NCBI GenBank assembly: GCA_965207065.1
Contig: OZ242260.1
Location: 544,001-608,000, forward strand
Length of the DNA: 64,000 bases
Reading direction: 5' to 3'
Source: a bacterium
GTDB taxonomy: Bacteria; UBA8248
Part shown: positions 58,639 through 64,000 of the stretch, in pieces
Numbering within the stretch: position 1 is the stretch's first letter
How the letters are laid out: each line of letters starts with the position of its first letter
Translations under genes and position numbers: made by a program
Notes under the pieces: model-generated
What the model saw: only the letters and a program-made list of their open reading frames with translations
The model's database searches: none
What the model was told of the DNA's origin: nothing

Positions 58639-59997
58639 ATGTCGAGAAGAGTCGCCATCATCGGTGCGGGAGTCTCGGGACTGGGAGCGGCCTGGGCGCT
58701 GAACAGGCATCCCGACAGGTTCGATTTCAGGCTTTATGAAGCGCAGGCCCAAGTGGGCGGCAACGCCGTCACCGCCGACATGCCGCAGGACGACGGCACC
58801 TCGATCCCCTTCGATATCTCCGTCACCGCCTGTATCCCCTCGGTGTACCACCACATCCTCCTGCTGATGCGTCAGTACGGGATCGAACTGCTCGACACCC
58901 GGTTCAGTTACAGCGTGAAATACCGGGGCGGCGTCTACGCCCACGATTTCGACTCGGATATCAGAAGGGAATTGCAGCCCGAAATCGAAAAATTCCAGAA
59001 ACTCTTGAGACGCCTGAAATGGTTCGGCGGGCTCAGCCGCTCGCGCTCCAGGCTGCTGGCGGCCCTCAACCCGTTCAACTACGTGAGCATGGGCGCGGTC
59101 TTGAACCTGGGCAAATTTTCCGGCGATTTCAGGTACAAGATATTAAAGCCCATGTTCGTGAACTTCCTGATGGCGACGAACGTGTTCGACATGCCCGCCT
59201 CCCTGTTTTCCCGGTATCTGGAGTTCTTCGACATCGAATCCGCCACGCCGATGCAGACCTGGGAGCGCGGCACGCGGCGCATCTACGAGGAACTCTCGGC
59301 AGGCTTTCCCGAGAAGATATACCTGAACCGCCCGGTCCGGAAGGTGTATAGAGGTTCATCCGAAGTCGTCGTGGAGGATGAAGCGGGAAACGCGGAGACG
59401 TTCGATGATGTGGTCTTCGCGTGCAACGCGAACCAGACGCTGATGATGCTGGATGCGCCGACCCGCTTCGAGAGCTGGCTCCTCTCCTCGATTCGCTATG
59501 AGAGCGAACTGCACAACCACACGGTCGTGCATTCGGACGCCTCGGTGCTGCCCGAGAGCGACGTCCAGGCGCTCAAAACCCGCAGCAACCACATTGAACA
59601 GTACGGCGCGCGGCCCGACAACTACGAGATCACCTATATCATGCACAACCAGCAGCCCTGGGCGAAGCGATCGGACAAGCCGTGCCTGGTGACGTACAAC
59701 CCCGTCAGCCAAATTGATGAGGCGAAGATCGTCATGAAGTGGTGGTTCCAGCACATCGTGCACGACGTGCGCCACGTGGCCCTGCTCATGCCCATGTTCC
59801 GCTTCGTTCAGGGGAGGCGGCGGACCTGGCACTGCGGCGCCCACACGCTCATCAACAGCCAGGAGACCTGCTTCGTGACCGGCCTCGCCGCAGCGAGACA
59901 GATGGGAGCGGACTATCCGTTCCGCGATCCGGAAGCCAGGAAGTGGTTCAACTTCTACGGGCGCACGATGTACGGCAGGCGCTTCAAGAAGGCATGA
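58639..59997 (+). CDS. FAD-dependent oxidoreductase (amine oxidase-like / COG2907-like)
   Basis: VAIIGAGVSGLGAA, YEA..QVGGNA, FDDVVFAC, VHSD, QG..RTWHCGA. Confidence 0.8.
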   Translation: MSRRVAIIGAGVSGLGAAWALNRHPDRFDFRLYEAQAQVGGNAVTADMPQDDGTSIPFDISVTACIPSVYHHILLLMRQYGIELLDTRFSYSVKYRGGVYAHDFDSDIRRELQPEIEKFQKLLRRLKWFGGLSRSRSRLLAALNPFNYVSMGAVLNLGKFSGDFRYKILKPMFVNFLMATNVFDMPASLFSRYLEFFDIESATPMQTWERGTRRIYEELSAGFPEKIYLNRPVRKVYRGSSEVVVEDEAGNAETFDDVVFACNANQTLMMLDAPTRFESWLLSSIRYESELHNHTVVHSDASVLPESDVQALKTRSNHIEQYGARPDNYEITYIMHNQQPWAKRSDKPCLVTYNPVSQIDEAKIVMKWWFQHIVHDVRHVALLMPMFRFVQGRRRTWHCGAHTLINSQETCFVTGLAAARQMGADYPFRDPEARKWFNFYGRTMYGRRFKKA

Positions 59998-60333
59998 GGC
60001 GGGGGCTTGCCCTGCGCGGATGACCTGGAGAATCAAGGCGCGAGCATCCCTGGCGCGCCCGCCGACCGCGCAGCTGTGGCCATCAAGCGCCGACAGGTAT
60101 TACAATCATCCTGGAATGCCTGGCAAAGGCGAGAAGTCATGGCCTGGCCGATGAGTCCGCCAGTAAAGACTTTCGTGAACGGACGCGGACAAGAAACATC
60201 GCAAACCTGGCGGGTTCGATTTTGTGAAGAATTATATTCCGCAAACTGGTAATATAATCGCAGAAGAATGCGACACGTTTCAATTTCTGCTTCTGCCGAT
60301 TCTGTTGATGGCTCTCAACCGGAGGGAATGATA

Positions 60334-61149
60334 ATGCGCGCTCGTCTCGCCCGCACTGTATTCTTGCTTCTTGCAATCTGCACGTACGTTCTGGCCCACT
60401 CCCCCGCGATGCCGCGCGCGGAGGGCGCGACGCCCGAGGAGAGAGGGATCAAGATCGCGCGCGATACCCGCGAGAAAGCCAGAGGCTTCGGGAACTTCAC
60501 GGCCGCGCAGAGCATGGTGCTTCGCAACAGGCACGGCCAGGAGAGCCGGCGCCAGCTCCGCGTGAAGGTGATCGAAACGGACGGTGGAGGCAACAAGAGC
60601 CTGTTCGTCTTCGACCGTCCGCGCGACGTGAGGGGTACCGCGCTGCTCGTCCACACCCACAAGAAAAAGAACGACGACCAGTGGCTCTACCTGCCCGCTC
60701 TCAAGCGGGTCAAGCGCATCAGTTCGACGAACCAGTCGGGATCGTTCATGGGCAGCGAATTCGCTTACGAGGACATGGGCACCCAGGAGGTGGAGAAATA
60801 CACCTACCGCTACCTGCGCGACGAGCCTTGCGGCAAGCTGACCTGTACGGTCGTGGAGCGCTTCCCGACGAACAAGCGCTCGGGCTACACGCGCCAGATC
60901 GTCTGGCAGGACAAGGGCGAGCTTCGGGCCTGGAAAGTCCATTACTACGACCGCAAGAACGCGCACCTGAAGACGCTCACACTGGCGAAATACAAGAAGT
61001 ATCTGGACAAGTACTGGCAGGCCGGCGAGATGAACATGGTGAACCACCTGACGGGCAAGAGCACCGTTCTTAGCTGGAAGGATTACAAGTTCCGCACCAA
61101 GCTCAAAGCCAGCGAATTCACCCGGACCGGGCTGAAACGGGTGCGCTGA
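60334..61149 (+). CDS. Outer membrane lipoprotein-sorting (LolA-like) protein
   Basis: F..P.DV.GT.LL, DDQWLYLPALKRVKRI, SFMGSEF.YED, YYDRK...LK. Confidence 0.88.
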   Translation: MRARLARTVFLLLAICTYVLAHSPAMPRAEGATPEERGIKIARDTREKARGFGNFTAAQSMVLRNRHGQESRRQLRVKVIETDGGGNKSLFVFDRPRDVRGTALLVHTHKKKNDDQWLYLPALKRVKRISSTNQSGSFMGSEFAYEDMGTQEVEKYTYRYLRDEPCGKLTCTVVERFPTNKRSGYTRQIVWQDKGELRAWKVHYYDRKNAHLKTLTLAKYKKYLDKYWQAGEMNMVNHLTGKSTVLSWKDYKFRTKLKASEFTRTGLKRVR

Positions 61150-62405
61150 TGCCGCTGCGCGCCGTTTTTCACCGCGCGGTGTTCGCCACCGTCCCCGCCC
61201 TGGTCGTTTTCTTTCTCGCCGGGGTGAGCCTCGGAGCCGAAAGCATCGAGCACGAGTTCACCGGCAGCGTGGACCTCGACGGCCGCTGGTATCCCCAGCT
61301 CCACGCCCATCCCGAACAGCGCGCGCACGCGAGCGGTTTCGCCGTCGAGCCGAAACTCCATCTCAGGGGCGAGGGCGACTGGAGTTTCACGATGGCGCCG
61401 TTTTTCCGCTACGACGGCGCGGACTCAAGCCGCACCCACGCCGATCTGCGCGAAGCCTACCTTCTGATGTTCGGTGAAGCCGGCGAGGGGGAATGGGAGC
61501 TGCGCCTCGGCGTGGACCGCGTGTTCTGGGGCGTCACCGAGTCGCAGCACCTGGTCGACATCATCAACCAAACCGACCTCGTGGAGCATCCGAACAAGGA
61601 AACCAAGCTGGGCCAGCCCATGGCCCACCTCACCTGGTCGACAGAGCGGGGCATCCTGGAATTTTTTGCCCTGACCTATCACCGCGTGCGCACCTACCCG
61701 GGCCGCCATGGCCGCCTGCGCTCCTCGATCGTCATAGACGATGAGAATGTCACATACGAAAGCGCCGCCCAGGAGTGGCGCGTGGACCTCGCCGCCCGCT
61801 ACAGCCACAGCTTCGGGCCATTCGACTTAGGCGTCAGCGTGTTCGACGGCACCAGCCGGGAGCCTTCCTTCACCCCGCACATTGACGAGCGCGGCGCGCT
61901 GAGCCTGCGCCAGCATTACGAACCGATCCTTCAGTTCAGCGTGGACGCCCAGCTCACAATCGAGTCGTGGCTGTTCAAGCTGGAAGCCCTTCAGCGCGAA
62001 GGCGCGCGAAACCTCCAGGGCGTGAAAGAGGATTTCGCCGCTTTCGTCGTCGGGGGTGAATACACCTTCAACTCCGTTTTCGGCTCGGCCGCCGACCTCG
62101 GCCTGCTCGCTGAATGGAATTACGACGAGCGGCGCGAGCGCTCGAACTCCGAGTTCCAGAACGACCTCTTCTTCGCCGTTCGCCTCGGGCTCAACGACGC
62201 CCAGAGCACGGAGCTTATCGCCGGCGTTCTGGCGGACGCGGACCACACCACGCGCACCATGAGCATCGAATTGAGACGGCGCCTCTCGGATCAGTGGTCC
62301 ATGAAGCTGGAATCGATCATTCTCATGGACGTCGACGAAGAGGACATCATCCATGGCACGAGGCGGGACAGCTTCGTGGCCCTGAACGTTACGTACAACT
62401 TCTAG
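61149..62405 (+). CDS. Outer membrane beta-barrel protein (DUF1302-like)
   Basis: Signal peptide, DLREAY, G..RVFWGVTES..LVDIINQ.D, C-terminal YNF. Confidence 0.75.
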   Translation: MPLRAVFHRAVFATVPALVVFFLAGVSLGAESIEHEFTGSVDLDGRWYPQLHAHPEQRAHASGFAVEPKLHLRGEGDWSFTMAPFFRYDGADSSRTHADLREAYLLMFGEAGEGEWELRLGVDRVFWGVTESQHLVDIINQTDLVEHPNKETKLGQPMAHLTWSTERGILEFFALTYHRVRTYPGRHGRLRSSIVIDDENVTYESAAQEWRVDLAARYSHSFGPFDLGVSVFDGTSREPSFTPHIDERGALSLRQHYEPILQFSVDAQLTIESWLFKLEALQREGARNLQGVKEDFAAFVVGGEYTFNSVFGSAADLGLLAEWNYDERRERSNSEFQNDLFFAVRLGLNDAQSTELIAGVLADADHTTRTMSIELRRRLSDQWSMKLESIILMDVDEEDIIHGTRRDSFVALNVTYNF

Positions 62406-62559
62406 ATCAATTTCTTTTCGTCTGCACGCCCGATGGAGGCGGGGCTGTTGAAAAGTCCTCCGGGGGGAGTGATGGCCCAAAAAGCACCACGCAATGCGGG
62501 ATGGTGGTTTTGCTCTTCGCTTTTGATCGGTTTATTTCGGTCGATGAGGAAAAGAGCGA

Positions 62560-62604
62560 GGACAGGTCGCGACCCCGGACAGGCGCGGGGGCCTGTCCGG
62601 CTAC
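62560..62604. repeat. REP-like element related to those at 48579 and 51731
   Basis: GGACAGGTCGCGACC and GGACAGGC...GCCTGTCC followed by CTAC. Confidence 0.6.
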
Positions 62605-62634
62605 GGCGGCGTCCCTCGATACGGCCGTTGCCGG

Positions 62635-64000
62635 TCAGGAAGTGAGGGCGACCGCCTGGTGGTCACTTGCCGCCCGATCAGATGAGAAGATCGGGCGCTT
62701 CGACTTGATTCGGAGCTTGAGGCTCTTGCGAGGGGTGCAGGTCGGGAACGGGTTTATCTTGACCGGGTAGCTCGATGGCAGCACTTCAAGCTCGAAGTAG
62801 TAGGCGATCATCAACAGATTGATCGTCATCTGATATTCCGCCACCCTCGGGCCGAGGCAGGTGTGCGTGCCGAAACCGAATGCCCCGTAAGCCCCGTGTT
62901 TCTTGTGCTCCTCGCGCCCGGGAAGATACCGGTCGATATCGAACTTCTCCGGATCCGGATAGTTCTCCTCCATGTAGTGAACGGCGGTGGACGCCAGCAC
63001 GACACGGGAATCGAGGGGTAGTTCATAGCCCTCCACGATGCAACTGTTCATGACGGTTCTCAGCTGCAACGGCACGCTGGGATAGATCCGGAGGGTTTCG
63101 AGAATCAGCCGGTGGGCGGTGTCGATGGCCTCCTCGTTCAAGTCCTCAGGTCCCGGGTCTCCGTTCGCGAACAGCGCCTCGGCTTCCCTGCGCACGCGCT
63201 GAAAGACATCCGGATGGGAGACCATCAAATAGAGCCCGAAACCGACGGCGGTGCCCATGTACATGGCTGCAACGAACGGTATGATCATCATGAACCTGGT
63301 ATCGGTATCCGGAAAGTACTGGGGGTCGCTGTCGTGCAGGCTGATCAGGTCGTCGATCAGGTCGCGGGGTTGGTTTTCGCGCTGCGCCGGGGTGTGCGAG
63401 TTGCGGATCATGGAATAGACGCGGTCGATGCGCCGCCGGATGGCCTTCATCCGCGGCGTTCGCATGAAGGACTTCGGCAATATCTTCTGCGCGTAGGTGA
63501 TCAACATGCGGTTCTTGTATTTGTGGATGTCGTCCACGTATTCTGAAAAATCCATGCTGAACAGGAGCCGGGATACCTGGCCGGACATCAGAGTGCGGGT
63601 TGCGTCCTTGGCGACGAGCACGTCGCCCACGTTCCACGAATCCAGGGCCAGCCGTATCTCCTGGAACATATCTCCGAGACGTTCGTTCAGGCGGCTCCGG
63701 GAGGAGGCCATCTGGAACGCCTTGCGCATGCGGAAATGTTCGGCCCCGTCCATGCCCGGCAGGCTTCTCGATGCGCCGAGCACGGCCTCCATACCCTCCA
63801 TGGTTTCCTTCGACCGCAGGTGCATCCGACCGTTCCGGTTGACCCAGATGTTGGCATCGTTCCCGGCGATGACGAAAACTTTCTTCCTGGAAAAGGGAGA
63901 CTTGATCGCGAAGACGGGACCATAGTCGCGGTAAAGATCGGCCAGCAGTTTGGACGTATTCCCCTGCCAGAGCGAATCTTTGCGGAGCATTTTCCACAGG
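62635..64000 (-). CDS. Cytochrome P450 (5' end probably beyond the window)
   Basis: ETLR (ExxR), FDIDRY, heme motif FGFGTHTCLG; frame is open to the window edge. Confidence 0.92.
   Translation of the reverse strand, partial: LWKMLRKDSLWQGNTSKLLADLYRDYGPVFAIKSPFSRKKVFVIAGNDANIWVNRNGRMHLRSKETMEGMEAVLGASRSLPGMDGAEHFRMRKAFQMASSRSRLNERLGDMFQEIRLALDSWNVGDVLVAKDATRTLMSGQVSRLLFSMDFSEYVDDIHKYKNRMLITYAQKILPKSFMRTPRMKAIRRRIDRVYSMIRNSHTPAQRENQPRDLIDDLISLHDSDPQYFPDTDTRFMMIIPFVAAMYMGTAVGFGLYLMVSHPDVFQRVRREAEALFANGDPGPEDLNEEAIDTAHRLILETLRIYPSVPLQLRTVMNSCIVEGYELPLDSRVVLASTAVHYMEENYPDPEKFDIDRYLPGREEHKKHGAYGAFGFGTHTCLGPRVAEYQMTINLLMIAYYFELEVLPSSYPVKINPFPTCTPRKSLKLRIKSKRPIFSSDRAASDHQAVALTS

Overview
GC-rich chromosomal window from a diderm bacterium. 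The gene set (exported ankyrin-repeat protein, Slam plus TbpB-like lipoprotein, two dehalogenase families, many acyl-CoA modules, REP/MITE elements) resembles that of marine invertebrate or sponge symbionts; this is inference. Housekeeping genes are selD, comM/yifB, rph-rdgB, moaA with two moeA genes, tatA and four tRNAs (Arg-TCT, His-GTG, Arg-TCG, Lys-CTT). They are interleaved with catabolic and transport modules and several intact or decayed toxin-antitoxin loci. Main observations not shown by the ORF track: (1) two selenoprotein genes with in-frame UGA and SECIS-like hairpins (SelD GG-U-GSK, and an AhpD/CMD-like protein with CxxU); (2) three 59-bp AT-rich palindromic repeats upstream of an AAA ATPase-winged-helix gene, where the intervening DNA contains decayed copies of the ATPase start; (3) a decayed duplicate of the leader and N-terminus of the Slam-associated lipoprotein gene; (4) an AT-rich islet with an IS1595-like transposase relic, a HEPN gene and a Panacea-type TA pair; (5) a HepT toxin with an Arg-to-Trp change in its RNase motif; (6) a recent tandem duplication of an SsuD-like monooxygenase; (7) an intact MITE with a 5-bp target duplication and several GTAG-type REP elements. 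No CRISPR array, cas gene, integrase or rRNA was seen. All family assignments come from motif recognition by eye, not database searches.
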